Below, one piece after another: positions 41,059-51,741 of a stretch of 64,000 nucleotides of DNA (position 1 is the stretch's first letter; every line of letters begins with the position of its first letter). The stretch is from positions 64,001-128,000 of the forward strand of contig CAVYNY010000034.1 in assembly GCA_963769935.1 (NCBI GenBank), read 5' to 3'. The translations under genes and the position numbers were made by a program. The notes under the pieces are model-generated. The model ran no database searches, was not told the origin of the DNA, and was given only the letters and a program-made list of their open reading frames with translations. The stretch comes from an uncultured delta proteobacterium. GTDB taxonomy: Bacteria; Desulfobacterota; Desulfobacteria; Desulfobacterales; JAFDCJ01.

Positions 41059-42666
41059 TCATTCCGCTCCAATGCGGGCACCTTTTTCAGCTACTGAGCG
41101 CTTCATGAAGAGCACGAGAGGCACCAGGGCAAGTACAATCACGGCGAACACCCAGAAGCAGTCAAAATACGCCAGCGACGATGCCTGCTGCCGGCGCAGG
41201 ATAGCGAGACCTTGCCAGGCCATTTGTCCAGACAGGGATGGATCGCCGGTCTGCCCCAGAAAAAACGTGCGCAAATGATGGATAAAGGCGTGTACCGCCG
41301 GGTTGAATGGATCGAGGTACTCTCCCAGACGCAGGGTGTGAAATTGGTCAAGACGCTCGTGAAGTGTCTGGGCCAGTGACGTTCCCACGCTGCCCCCTTC
41401 CGTGCGCAACAGGCTGAGCAGACCGACCGCGGCTCCGCGCAGCTTTTGAGGTGTATACAGGTAGGCGGCAACGTTCAGCGGAGCAAAGCACATCGAAAGG
41501 CCCATAACCGTCAGAACCCTGGGCAAAACCACAAATCCCGGGCTGATGCTCAGATTCATTTGCGACATCCAGTAGTTGCCGGCCCCCATGACGAGCAGAC
41601 CTGACAGGATGATCCAGCGTGCGTCCTTTCCCCGGCCGAGCAGGAAGGCGATGACGGGCATCAGGAGAATCGCAAACAGGCCCGCCGGCGACATGACCAG
41701 TCCCGCGTTCAGCGCGTCATAGCCGAAAAGCGACTGCAGCAGGGCCGGCAGCGTCGTACTTGCCCCATAGAGGACCGCGTAGGCAGAGAAGATAAGGATG
41801 CAGGAAACGAGGAAGTTGCGTTCGCCCAACGGCCGTAAGTTGACCACGGGTTTAAGGTGGCGCATTTCCCGGATGATCAGGCCGGCCAGGGCCAGCAGGA
41901 AAAGGATCAACAGCGTCTGCACTCTCCAGGATGGGTCGTCCAGCCAGTCCCACTCCTGCCCCTTGCTGAGCATCACTTCCCAGCAGGCCATCGTGACCAG
42001 AAGAAGTCCCAGACCGAGCGAGTCGAACTGAAGCGGTTCTTTCTTCAATTCGGCGCGCTGAGTCCGCAGGTATTCGGGGTCTTGCAGCAGGGCATAGCAG
42101 CCTGCCAAAGCCAGAATGCCGATCGGGACATTGATATAGAATGTCCACCGCCAGGAGTAATTGTCGGTGATCCAGCCGCCGAGGGTAGGACCGAGCACCG
42201 GTGCAACGAGCGCGGCAAGGCCGAACAGCGTCATCGCCGCACCTTGCTTCTCCTGTGGGAAGGCGTCAAGCAATACCCCCTGGCTGCAGGGCTGCAGACC
42301 GCCGCCGGCCAGGCCCTGGAACACGCGGAATATGATTAGTTGGGTCAGGCTGGTAGACATACCGCACAAGGCGGAGCTGAGGGTGAAGACGGTGATCGAC
42401 AGCAGGAAGTAGTTGCGGCGGCCGAGGTGGGAGGCCAGCCAGCCGCTGATCGGCAGAACGATGGCATTGGCTGCGAGGTAGCTCGTGATGACCCATTCGC
42501 CGTCATCGACGGTGGCCGAGAGGCCTCCGGCGATGTATCGCAGGGCAACCACGGAGATAGTTGTATCCAACACCTCCATGAAAGTCGGCACCACAACAAT
42601 GGCGGCGATCAACCAGGGGTTCACCGCCGAGCGGCCCGGGACGAATGCAAGCGTTGTGTCGCTCAC
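41059..42666 (-). CDS. DHA2 family MFS efflux permease (EmrB/QacA-like)
   Basis: FMEVLDTTI, WVITSYL, GPTLGGWITDNYSWRW, 14-TM pattern. Confidence 0.9.
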   Translation of the reverse strand: MSDTTLAFVPGRSAVNPWLIAAIVVVPTFMEVLDTTISVVALRYIAGGLSATVDDGEWVITSYLAANAIVLPISGWLASHLGRRNYFLLSITVFTLSSALCGMSTSLTQLIIFRVFQGLAGGGLQPCSQGVLLDAFPQEKQGAAMTLFGLAALVAPVLGPTLGGWITDNYSWRWTFYINVPIGILALAGCYALLQDPEYLRTQRAELKKEPLQFDSLGLGLLLVTMACWEVMLSKGQEWDWLDDPSWRVQTLLILFLLALAGLIIREMRHLKPVVNLRPLGERNFLVSCILIFSAYAVLYGASTTLPALLQSLFGYDALNAGLVMSPAGLFAILLMPVIAFLLGRGKDARWIILSGLLVMGAGNYWMSQMNLSISPGFVVLPRVLTVMGLSMCFAPLNVAAYLYTPQKLRGAAVGLLSLLRTEGGSVGTSLAQTLHERLDQFHTLRLGEYLDPFNPAVHAFIHHLRTFFLGQTGDPSLSGQMAWQGLAILRRQQASSLAYFDCFWVFAVIVLALVPLVLFMKRSVAEKGARIGAE

Positions 42667-44231
42667 GGATTCGCCTCCCCATTGCTTCCGGACGTCGCGC
42701 TGCCGGGTGGGGCCGGAGGCACATACGGCTGTAAGATTTTTCCGGCATTCGGTCCGGTCGGCGGTTCCCTATAGTAAACGTAAGGCACCACCGACAGGCC
42801 GATGAACAGAGGAGTTTTTGCGGGATCATAGTCTATTAATTCGATCCGCACCGGCAGCCGCTGTACAACTTTGACAAAGTTGCCGGTTGCGTTTTGCGGC
42901 GGCAATAATGCCAGGGTCGAACCGGTCCCCATCGTGAACCCCGAGATGCGACCTTTGAAAATATGTTGTTCTCCATACATATCCGTATATAGATCGGCAC
43001 GTTGGCCGATGCGCAGGCCGGCGAGTTGGGTCTCCTTGAAATTCGCATCCACCCAGACCTCCCGCAGCGAGCGAATCGCCATCAGACCTTGGCCTACTTC
43101 CACATTGTTGCCGGGGTTGACATTGCGCCGGGTGATGACGCCGTCTATCTCCGCTGCGACGTCACAGTAACCAAGGTTCAGCCTGGCCACCTCCAGGTCG
43201 CGCTCCGCCTGTTGGACCTTCGCCTCTGCCTGTTTGACCTCTGGGGCTTCTTCCGCCAGCTGGGCGAAGAGAAGATCGATATTTCCATGGGGCGCACGTT
43301 GCATGAATTTGTCCAGCATTTGCTGGGGGGTTTCTTCAAAGGAATGAAAAATGCCGAGCTGGGCCGCACTCTGGATTAAATCCGCTTGCGCCTGAAGGAC
43401 CGCAGAGAACGTCTGATCGAGATCGGGCGGCACCTCTGCCAGGCTTTCGCCCTTTGGCGGCACCGCTGGCAGCCCTAAAGCGGCTCTAATCTGATAGACA
43501 TTTTCCAGCGCCACCTTGACCTGTGCCTCGGCAACCGAGACAGCCTCCTGCCGCTGCTCATACTGTTCCCGGCTCATGGCGCCGGCAGGAAGAAGGCGCT
43601 TGGCACGGTCGAACTCGGCTTGCGCCCGAATCAAAACGGCTTGCCGGGACCTCAGGTCGGCAACCTTAGCCGCCAATAAATCGACCTGGTTGTGCACTTC
43701 TTCCATTGCGCGCTGAAGCCTCCAGCGTTTGTTCCTGGCTTCCGCCAAGGTTCCGCGCGCCAGAGCCTTGGCTGCCAACAGATCGGCCTGAGCCTTCTGC
43801 AGTGCAGCTTGCTTCACCTCGACCTGATCTTCATAGGGTTGTTTGTCAAGTTCAACGAGTAAGTCGCCTTTATGCACCCTGTTATTATCGTCAACCATTA
43901 CCTTCATGACCTGCCCGGCTACACGGGCGGCGACGAAGGTTACATGGCCGTTGACGTAGGCGTCATCTGTCGAAACGGTGTTGAAAGCTCGAATCGCCGC
44001 CGGTATGGCGAAATACAGCGCAACCGCCAATGCCACAATTCCGGCGCTTCCTTTGAGCACCCAGCGTTGTCTTCTGCTGCGGTGCCCTTCAGGCCCCGCA
44101 GGAGGGGCCGGAGCGTCTCCCGGCGCTGTGCCGGATGCCGAATCGGTTGCGGCCGGCTCCTTGACTAAAGGAATTTTCTCCGCAACCCTGGTTTCCGTAC
44201 CATTTCTGGTTTTACTATCTTCCCGGGGCAT
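42663..44231 (-). CDS. HlyD/EmrA family membrane fusion protein with a long helical insert
   Basis: STDDAYV, ANFKETQL, LLPPQNATGNFVKVVQRLPVRI. Confidence 0.9.
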   Translation of the reverse strand: MPREDSKTRNGTETRVAEKIPLVKEPAATDSASGTAPGDAPAPPAGPEGHRSRRQRWVLKGSAGIVALAVALYFAIPAAIRAFNTVSTDDAYVNGHVTFVAARVAGQVMKVMVDDNNRVHKGDLLVELDKQPYEDQVEVKQAALQKAQADLLAAKALARGTLAEARNKRWRLQRAMEEVHNQVDLLAAKVADLRSRQAVLIRAQAEFDRAKRLLPAGAMSREQYEQRQEAVSVAEAQVKVALENVYQIRAALGLPAVPPKGESLAEVPPDLDQTFSAVLQAQADLIQSAAQLGIFHSFEETPQQMLDKFMQRAPHGNIDLLFAQLAEEAPEVKQAEAKVQQAERDLEVARLNLGYCDVAAEIDGVITRRNVNPGNNVEVGQGLMAIRSLREVWVDANFKETQLAGLRIGQRADLYTDMYGEQHIFKGRISGFTMGTGSTLALLPPQNATGNFVKVVQRLPVRIELIDYDPAKTPLFIGLSVVPYVYYREPPTGPNAGKILQPYVPPAPPGSATSGSNGEANP

Positions 44232-44468
44232 CCCCGCGCCTTTCTCCCGCAAAATGCTGCGGGCTGATTTTAAATTGGGGCCTTATTCCAACATTGAAAG
44301 CCTGGCCTTCTGGGCCAGGATTCTTTACTTATGCATCAGGGTGGGGCTGTAGATAAAATTTGTCAATAGGGTGGACCATGTATTTTCACCCAATAAAAAT
44401 CAGGCCATACCAAATGAATCTGATGTTTCACCAGGATTTAAATCGGTAGATGGAAACCATAGGAAGAA

Positions 44469-44490
44469 GGGGCGGAATAATTTCCGCCCC
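44469..44490 (-). terminator. GC hairpin GGGGCGGAA-ATTA-TTCCGCCCC
   Basis: 9-bp stem followed by TTCTT on the minus strand. Confidence 0.6.
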
Positions 44491-44596
44491 CATGCAAAAG
44501 AAGACCCGACCAAACATAGCTCAAGATCTCAGCAAGACACAACGAGCAAAGCAACGTGTTTGGCTTATGAACGATTGGTCAGGTAATACAGAAAGC

Positions 44597-44613
44597 AGCA
44601 AGAGATATGCCAA
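44597..44613 (-). promoter_or_regulatory. Sigma54 promoter TTGGCATATCTCTTGCT
   Basis: GG-N10-GC with TGGCA and TTGC, and an AT-rich IHF-like tract upstream. Confidence 0.65.
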
Positions 44614-44991
44614 ATCTCGCTGAATAGTCTAAATATAATAATTTCAGTTAGATAGGGAATTTACAGCTGCCACGTTAACTCCAGAAATATGAAAAGCAGT
44701 CAATAAAATTGTTACAAAATCTTCCTATTTCCGACAATCCTCCCGGCTTTGGGTTTTGATTTGATAAAGCTTTCCAGCAACTTCATCAAGGGCATATCAC
44801 CGGGAAATCCACTTTCAAATGGTTGAGTTGAAATTGTCAATTATAGTTTCCCGCTGAACGCCAACAGGCTTGACCGAACAATGTATTTTAGCGTATTTAT
44901 GACAGACACAGCGCAGGTGATCATTCTTCCCTTTGCTCTGCAAGGGCGACATATTCCGAGCATAGCATCGAAAAGTTCAGGAGGTCATTCG

Positions 44992-45927
44992 ATGGAACAA
45001 CCTAAAATTGCGGTGATTGGGGTCGGGGCAACCGGCACGGTATTGGCGGCAGCGCTTCTCAGTAAGTATCCCGAAACGGTTATCGTGGGGCGCAATCCCG
45101 CTGTGGGTGAAACACTCTTATCTGCGGGTATTCATGTTTCCGGAGCAATCACTTACCAAGCGCCGGTAAAAAATCTCGTCTCAGGAATAAAAGACCTCAA
45201 GGGTTATGATCCGGATCTGGTTTTTCTTGCCACCAAGACCTTCCATCTCGACCGGGTGCTAAAGGAAATCGAAGATGTGTACCGGCCCGGCCTCAAAATA
45301 ATTTCCACCCAAAACGGTCTGGGAACCGAGGACCTGATTGCAGGAAAATTCGGCTCCGACGCTGCCTTGCGGATGTCTTTAAATTATGGCGTTTCATTAA
45401 ATGGTCCGGGACGGGCCCAGACAGCTTTTTTTAATCCTCCGAACCATCTGGGCGCATTGACTCCGGAAAATCGTGCTCCGGGGCTGCAAATCGCCGGTGT
45501 TCTCACGGACTGTGGTTTGGAAACGGAATATGTCGATGATATCAGGCTGTATGTGTGGAAGAAAATGATTATGAAATGCACCATGGCCTCCATCTGCGCA
45601 GTCACCGACAAAACCATCAAAGATGCCCTGGAATTTGAACCGACCAGGGAAATTGCCGATGCCTGTTTTAAGGAGGCGCTTGCCGTAGCCAGAGCCATGG
45701 GGTACGATCTGGGTGAGGGGTATCTCGCGCAAGCTCTGGGATATTTGGAAAAAGTAGGCCTACACCGGGATTCCATGTGCAATGATATCGATAATAAAGC
45801 ACCGACCGAAATTGATTTTCTGGGAGCCAAAATTGTCGCCTATGCCCGCCGGAAGGGTATTGCGACCCCGTTTTATGTGGCCATGACCAATTTGGTTAAG
45901 GCCATCGAAGATAATTACCTTGAATGA
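44992..45927 (+). CDS. panE: 2-dehydropantoate 2-reductase
   Basis: VIGVGATG, LATK, QNGLG, WKK, SMCNDI..TEIDFL. Confidence 0.85.
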   Translation: MEQPKIAVIGVGATGTVLAAALLSKYPETVIVGRNPAVGETLLSAGIHVSGAITYQAPVKNLVSGIKDLKGYDPDLVFLATKTFHLDRVLKEIEDVYRPGLKIISTQNGLGTEDLIAGKFGSDAALRMSLNYGVSLNGPGRAQTAFFNPPNHLGALTPENRAPGLQIAGVLTDCGLETEYVDDIRLYVWKKMIMKCTMASICAVTDKTIKDALEFEPTREIADACFKEALAVARAMGYDLGEGYLAQALGYLEKVGLHRDSMCNDIDNKAPTEIDFLGAKIVAYARRKGIATPFYVAMTNLVKAIEDNYLE

Positions 45928-46014
45928 TTTTTTCATCCGATGCATTGCACCGTCTGCGTTTCAGCCTACATGCAAAGATCGAAAGGTTGCTCTAATTTTA
46001 AACGGGAAAAAATC

Positions 46015-46437
46015 ATGGCGTTTCGCTCAAAACTAAAAATTCGCTTTGGTGATATCGACCGCGCGGGGATCGTCTATTATCCGAGGTTCATGCATTACTT
46101 CCACGTTGCGCTGGAGGAATTTTTCGCCGGCGTGTTAGGGATAGAGTATCATACTGTGGTTGATGTTCACCGCATCGGCTTGCCAACCGTACATCTGGAA
46201 ACGGACTTCATCCGGCCCTTCAGTTATGGCGACAATATCGAGGTGGAAGTGAATGTGCTTAAAATCGGGCGCACCTCAATTACCTTCGGTTATCGTGCGT
46301 TCAAAGGGGGAGAGGCCGATCCCAGGATTGTCGGCCATAATGTAACGGTCTGTCTGGACATGGATAGTTTTCAGAAAATGGATATTCCGGACTGGTTTAA
46401 GCAGCTGCTCGAGCAACAGCTGATCGCCTTCAAATGA
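46015..46437 (+). CDS. Acyl-CoA thioesterase (4HBT/YbgC-like)
   Basis: IRFGDIDRAGIVYYPRF. Confidence 0.88.
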   Translation: MAFRSKLKIRFGDIDRAGIVYYPRFMHYFHVALEEFFAGVLGIEYHTVVDVHRIGLPTVHLETDFIRPFSYGDNIEVEVNVLKIGRTSITFGYRAFKGGEADPRIVGHNVTVCLDMDSFQKMDIPDWFKQLLEQQLIAFK

Positions 46438-46470
46438 TATTGTTTGTTGCCGGTTGAGCCCGATCCGGCA

Positions 46471-46785
46471 TTACTTGTTAAATAAGATTTTAAACTGCAC
46501 GCCGTAGCCGTCGGAAGAAATTCTTACGATCTCGCCGGTAACCATCAAAAATTCATCTGCGGTCGGCAGCTTAATTGTTAATGCAATCTCCTGCCCCAGC
46601 GTCAGCTTCTTTTTGGTATAGATAAAAGCGCCCCCGGGGCTGAGATCCTGCACCGATGCGCTGAACATGCTGTCGATGGTCTCGCATTTGGCTGTCAGCA
46701 GCTGATTCTTGACAAAGGATTTCCTTGAGCCATTCCGTTGATAGTATCTTTCTTCTTCTCTTTGAGTAACGTTTGATTGCGCCAT
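46471..46785 (-). CDS. PilZ domain protein
   Basis: QRNGSRK (RxxxR) and DLSPGG motifs. Confidence 0.8.
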   Translation of the reverse strand: MAQSNVTQREEERYYQRNGSRKSFVKNQLLTAKCETIDSMFSASVQDLSPGGAFIYTKKKLTLGQEIALTIKLPTADEFLMVTGEIVRISSDGYGVQFKILFNK

Positions 46786-46814
46786 GACTGAAATCCTTAG
46801 CCAAAAATAAACAA

Positions 46815-47960
46815 TTAGTTTGTGTTCAAGTTGTTGGCAAAACCCAGCAACATACCTCTTGATTTTGGAGACATTTCCCGAAATTGCATGCCCAGGGCGA
46901 TGGCCGATTCATGCCCGATATCGATTTGCCGGCTCCAGATGACTTTGCCCGAAACATTGACCGTAAAATCCTCACTCGGCAAACTGATCTGGACGTTGGC
47001 ATCTTTGATGCCGTCATTCAATGCTGGGTGGTCCCGGTATTCCGAATCGAGGACGACGCAGATGCCCCCGATCGATATATCCCTGGAATATCCTTTCAGG
47101 TTCAGGGGCGGGTTGCCGTTTGATCCCGCCTGGATCTGCAAATGAACTTTTACCGGAACCGGCTGACGACTTCCCATCCGCATCTTTACTCCATTTTCCT
47201 TTTCTTCAAGGCCGGACTGGGTTTCGAATAATTCAGCCAACCCATCTTCAACTTCGGGACATTTAACACATACTTTCATTAAATTTATCTTCGATATTTT
47301 AATAAGCTCGGTTTCGGAGATCGTTTCCACATATGACGTGGAAAGCCGCTTTTCCTCAAACGGATAGATATCACCGAAGAAATCATTTTCAGATAAATGA
47401 AAAGTGGATTTCTTGTATACGAGTTCATTGTCCGTATTGACGGGTTGAAAAGTTGTCGCCCGCAAAGCCCCGGAGACGATAAAATATAAAGACGTTTCCT
47501 CATCGCCCACTTTTTTCACCATTCTGCCGGCCGGCAGTCGAATCTTTGCCAGGGGATATAAAATGGATACAATCGCAGAATATGACAGATTGGAGAAGAA
47601 TGCGTTGACCGGGGCCGAATGACGGCCGTTTTGGCTGGTCGTGGTAAAAAATTGCCTGATTTCCTCCGTATCTGAAGGTTGGCGTAATTTCCACTGCATG
47701 CTTTTGGATACTATTGCCTGCAGTGTCATTCCCGAGTCGATGAAAAGATTGGCAGCTTCTTCATAAGATTCGATCGCGGCCTGAGGCGATTTTTTTATGA
47801 CCAGCAGGTCGGCATACGCTCTGAGCAAAGCAGGATCATTGGGAAAAATCCGGAGTACATTTTCAAACTCCGTTTTGGAGTCGATCCTGATTGAACCATC
47901 AATAATCTGCGCAGCGATGCTTATCTGGTTGAAGACGTTTGGTTTTCGATCTGTTGCCAT
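46815..47960 (-). CDS. Cyclic nucleotide-binding domain + PilZ domain protein
   Basis: LYFIVSG..DFFGD (cNMP-like), RMGSRQP..DISIGG (PilZ). Confidence 0.78.
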   Translation of the reverse strand: MATDRKPNVFNQISIAAQIIDGSIRIDSKTEFENVLRIFPNDPALLRAYADLLVIKKSPQAAIESYEEAANLFIDSGMTLQAIVSKSMQWKLRQPSDTEEIRQFFTTTSQNGRHSAPVNAFFSNLSYSAIVSILYPLAKIRLPAGRMVKKVGDEETSLYFIVSGALRATTFQPVNTDNELVYKKSTFHLSENDFFGDIYPFEEKRLSTSYVETISETELIKISKINLMKVCVKCPEVEDGLAELFETQSGLEEKENGVKMRMGSRQPVPVKVHLQIQAGSNGNPPLNLKGYSRDISIGGICVVLDSEYRDHPALNDGIKDANVQISLPSEDFTVNVSGKVIWSRQIDIGHESAIALGMQFREMSPKSRGMLLGFANNLNTN

Positions 47961-48032
47961 GCCGCAATTCAGAAGTCATTCAAAATGTTAAATTTTCTAT
48001 GGGTCTTGTCCGATTCAAACTCCACTATTTGC

Positions 48033-48060
48033 TTATCGGTATCATTGGGGAAATTCTTGA
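48033..48060 (-). promoter_or_regulatory. Sigma28-like promoter upstream of the cNMP-PilZ/PilZ pair
   Basis: TCAAG-N15-ACCGATAA. Confidence 0.5.
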
Positions 48061-48193
48061 GGTGAAAATGGTTGCGGAATGTGGGGCTTCGGTGGAAAAA
48101 CGAATGTCGAATGACGAATGGCGAATGAAGGAATTCTATCTATTTAATAGATTTGGGATTCGATTGTTTCTTTATCTCATGTGAAGATTTTTG

Positions 48194-49297
48194 TCATTTC
48201 GCTTCCGGCAAAATATCTTCCGACAATCCCAACCCTTCAACCAGAATAGATCGGTAGGTCGCAATGACCTCGTCTTTGTAATTGCTGTCTATTTGCGGCG
48301 GGGTCTGGGCAAGCATTATGCCGCTTTTAAGAATACAGGCTGTGAGCTGTTCGGATTTTTTAAACGTGATGCCCAAGCGGCCCGCTGATTTTAACTGCAG
48401 ACCCCGGTCTTTAATGAGCGCGCCAAGCTTTCCCATGTCCAGATCAATTCTCCTGGCAGGGGAAAGCACAAAATTGCGCCGGCCGTCCCGGGCACAAGTC
48501 TCTTCAAAGAACCGGTCTTTAACCGCCCTCGGTTCACCGTCCGGTTTGGCACCGCACACCCGGCAGGATTCCAAGGACGGGATGTCCAGAATATTAAACT
48601 CAAATTCCCTCAGATCAATATACAGCAGTTTGTTATACAGCTTGGGTTGTTGTCCGATCAGCACCCGGACGGCCTCGGATACCTGTACCGCAGAAACAAT
48701 GCCGAGGATCGAAGGATGCACGCCGACCAATCCGCAAACCGGCAGGTCCTCATCTTTAAGCCCGGGCATAAAACACTCCAGGCAGAAAGTCTGACCGGGC
48801 AGGATGGTGGATACGTTGCCGAAGGCTTCTATCGCGGCACCGAAGACATACGGGACTTTCAGCTTGTTGCAGACGCGATTCACGATATAGCGCGGCTCAG
48901 GCCGATCCAGGCCGTCGATCACCACATCCATCCCGGAAATCAAGTCTTCAGCGTTCATGGAATTTAATGATTCCGGCACCGGATCCAGGGATACGTCGGG
49001 ATTAAGGCGGCTTAATTTATCAAAGGCCACTTCCACCTTGGGCTTCCCGATGGATTCTGTGTCGTAGAGATGCTGGCGGTGCAGGTCCGATCGGGAGACG
49101 ATGTCGCGATCGACGAATCGAAGGTATCCGATGCCCATGCCCACCAGTTTGAGTGCCGCCGGAGAGCCCAAACCGCCCACCCCGATGAGGCAGACTTTTG
49201 CGTTGCGCAGCTTCAGCTGCCCGTCATAGCCAATATCGGCCAGAACGATCTGCCGCGCGTACGTGTCCAGTTCCTGATCTGTAAGCTCTTTTTGCAT
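48194..49297 (-). CDS. ThiF/MoeB/HesA family adenylyltransferase
   Basis: YARQIVL..GQLKL, GVGGLG, DRDIVSRSDLHRQ, CLEC, CRVC. Confidence 0.9.
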   Translation of the reverse strand: MQKELTDQELDTYARQIVLADIGYDGQLKLRNAKVCLIGVGGLGSPAALKLVGMGIGYLRFVDRDIVSRSDLHRQHLYDTESIGKPKVEVAFDKLSRLNPDVSLDPVPESLNSMNAEDLISGMDVVIDGLDRPEPRYIVNRVCNKLKVPYVFGAAIEAFGNVSTILPGQTFCLECFMPGLKDEDLPVCGLVGVHPSILGIVSAVQVSEAVRVLIGQQPKLYNKLLYIDLREFEFNILDIPSLESCRVCGAKPDGEPRAVKDRFFEETCARDGRRNFVLSPARRIDLDMGKLGALIKDRGLQLKSAGRLGITFKKSEQLTACILKSGIMLAQTPPQIDSNYKDEVIATYRSILVEGLGLSEDILPEAK

Positions 49298-49379
49298 CGT
49301 TGGTCGCCTTAGTTGTGATCCAAAACCTTCATTTCTGGTAACGGAGAGTTAGAGGGGACAATCTCGCTATCTTGTAACG

Positions 49380-49517
49380 ATTGAATATTGATCCGCCGGA
49401 GGCGGAAAGGTATTTTTTTGATTCTAAAAAGGACGGAGCAGCACGCTGCGCGTGCGACATCCACAAATATTCAATTTACAATCTTCAATTTTCAATTCCG
49501 GCTTAGCCGGGTTAGGA
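49380..49517. repeat. Copy 3 (inverted) of the ATTGAAN-array element, ending in CCGGCTTAGCCGGGTTAGG
   Basis: Reverse complement matches 9833-9895. Shares CGCCGGAGGCGGA with 11767-11779. Confidence 0.75.
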
Positions 49518-49803
49518 TATCACTATCCTCTTTTCCTTCGATTGTAAACGTAGTTTTTTCAATATCGAGGTTAACGGATCTATGAACGAAAACTGTTATT
49601 TTACGCTTCTTGACAATTTCATTTTTGCACTAATTATATGGAAAAAAATTTTTATCAGATTATACACAACGATATAAATCATTGCTGCATACTGGCCCGG
49701 GACTCTGCCCAATTGACCCTGTACGGCAGTTTGAGAATCAAGCCTAAAAAGGCAAATGCAGAATTAATTATGACGCTGTGTATAGCAGGAGGCTTAGAGC
49801 AAA

Positions 49804-51726
49804 ATGACCGTCAGAACCGAAACCCATGAATTCAAAACCGAAGTTAAACAATTGCTGAAATTGATCGTCAATTCCCTGTATTCCAACAAGGAAATTTTTT
49901 TGCGGGAACTTATTTCAAACGCATCGGATGCCATCGACAAACTGCGTTTCAGGGCCCAGACCGAAGAGGGCATTCTGGGCGACGACACGGAATTTAAAAT
50001 CATCATCGAACGGGATGCCATCAAAAACACGCTGACGGTTGAGGACAACGGGATCGGTATGACCTATGACGAAGTGTTGGAAAATATCGGAACCATCGCC
50101 AAAAGCGGCACCAACAGCTTTCTGGAAGCCATGGCCAAGCTCCACAAGGACGACACGCTCACCCCGGAGTTGATCGGCCAGTTCGGGGTCGGTTTCTACA
50201 GCGCCTTCATCGTGGCCGAGAAAGTAACCTTGCTGACCAGAGCCGTGGGCGAGGACAAGGCCGTCCTTTGGGAATCCCACGGCGACGGGGAATTTACCAT
50301 CGCCGAGGCCGCGAAGGACGGCCGGGGTACGCGCATTACCCTTGAGCTGAAAAAAAAGGAAGAAGGCGACCAGGATTTCACCGACGAATGGACGATTCGG
50401 GAGATCGTCAAGCAGCATTCCGACTTCGTGGCATATCCCATCGTAATGGAGGTGGAAAAGGACGAGCCCATCCCGGATGCAGAACAGATCAAGGATAAGG
50501 ACGGCAAACCGATCGGAAAAACTACCCGCAAGGTGGTGAAAGAAGAAACCCTCAATTCAATGAAGGCCATCTGGGCTAAGAACAAGACCGACATCACCGA
50601 TCAGGAATATGAGGAATTCTACCGTCATATCAGCCATGACTGGAATCCTCCGCTGGAAAAGCTTCATCTCAAATTGGAGGGAACCACGGAATACACATCC
50701 CTGCTTTACATTCCGTCCCAGGCCCCGTTTGATCTGTTCAACCCGGAATATAAACACGGTGTGCAGCTTTACAGCAGGCGCGTGTTCATCATGGATGACT
50801 GCCGGGAGCTGATGCCGGAATACTTCCGATTTGTCAAAGGGGTTGTGGATGCGCCGGATCTGAATCTCAACGTCAGCCGCGAAATCCTGCAACAGGATCG
50901 CCTGGTGCGCAACATCAGACGCAATCTGGTGCGAAAACTGTTGGATCTGTTAAAGGATATGGATCCGGATAAGTATGAAAAATTCTGGCAGGAATTTGGC
51001 GCTGTGCTCAAACTCGGTGTGCATACCGATATTGAAAATAAAACCAGAATTGCCGACCTGCTGCGTTACAAAACCACCAAGTCAGACGGCAAGTGGCGGT
51101 CACTGCAGCAATACGTCAAGGACATGCCGCCGGAACAGAAAGAAATCTATTACATCACCGGAGAAAACACCGCGGCGTTGATCAACAGCCCGCTGCTCGA
51201 ACAGCTCAAGTCGAAAGATTTCGAAGTGCTGCTGATGACCGATCCGATCGATGAATGGGTTACGCAGGCACTCGCTGAATACGACGGCAAAAAATTGAAA
51301 AGCGCCGAAAAGGGCGACCTTGAACTCGATAAGGTTGATGAAGACAAAAAAGGCAAGTATGAAACTTTGTTCAAGCATATCCGGGTGCAGCTGGAAGATG
51401 CCGTCAAGGAAGTTCGCCCGTCCAGCCGGCTGACCAAGTCCGTTTCCTGCCTGTCGGGCAATGCCTTCGACATGAGCGGTTACATGGAAAAGATTCTCAA
51501 GTCGGCCGGTCAGAAGTTGCCTGAAAATAAACGGGTGCTGGAACTCAACATGGACCACCCGGTCATGGAGAAAATCCGCGGCATGTTTGAAGCCGATAAA
51601 AACGATCCGAAATTAAGCGATTACATCCACTTGCTGTTCGATCTGGCGGTCATCGGCGAAGGCGGCAAGCTGGATGATCCTTCCAAATTTTCTAAATTGA
51701 TCGGAGACTTAATGGCGGATAATTAA
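49804..51726 (+). CDS. htpG: Chaperone HtpG (Hsp90)
   Basis: [39 protein letters not shown]. Confidence 0.97.
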   Translation: MTVRTETHEFKTEVKQLLKLIVNSLYSNKEIFLRELISNASDAIDKLRFRAQTEEGILGDDTEFKIIIERDAIKNTLTVEDNGIGMTYDEVLENIGTIAKSGTNSFLEAMAKLHKDDTLTPELIGQFGVGFYSAFIVAEKVTLLTRAVGEDKAVLWESHGDGEFTIAEAAKDGRGTRITLELKKKEEGDQDFTDEWTIREIVKQHSDFVAYPIVMEVEKDEPIPDAEQIKDKDGKPIGKTTRKVVKEETLNSMKAIWAKNKTDITDQEYEEFYRHISHDWNPPLEKLHLKLEGTTEYTSLLYIPSQAPFDLFNPEYKHGVQLYSRRVFIMDDCRELMPEYFRFVKGVVDAPDLNLNVSREILQQDRLVRNIRRNLVRKLLDLLKDMDPDKYEKFWQEFGAVLKLGVHTDIENKTRIADLLRYKTTKSDGKWRSLQQYVKDMPPEQKEIYYITGENTAALINSPLLEQLKSKDFEVLLMTDPIDEWVTQALAEYDGKKLKSAEKGDLELDKVDEDKKGKYETLFKHIRVQLEDAVKEVRPSSRLTKSVSCLSGNAFDMSGYMEKILKSAGQKLPENKRVLELNMDHPVMEKIRGMFEADKNDPKLSDYIHLLFDLAVIGEGGKLDDPSKFSKLIGDLMADN

Positions 51727-51741
51727 CTGAGTAGCTTGCAG

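Noticed and set aside
49560..49803. CIRCE or clear sigma32 promoter upstream of htpG
   Set aside because: No TTAGCACTC-N9-GAGTGCTAA. CTTGAC is present but there is no convincing CCCCAT -10.
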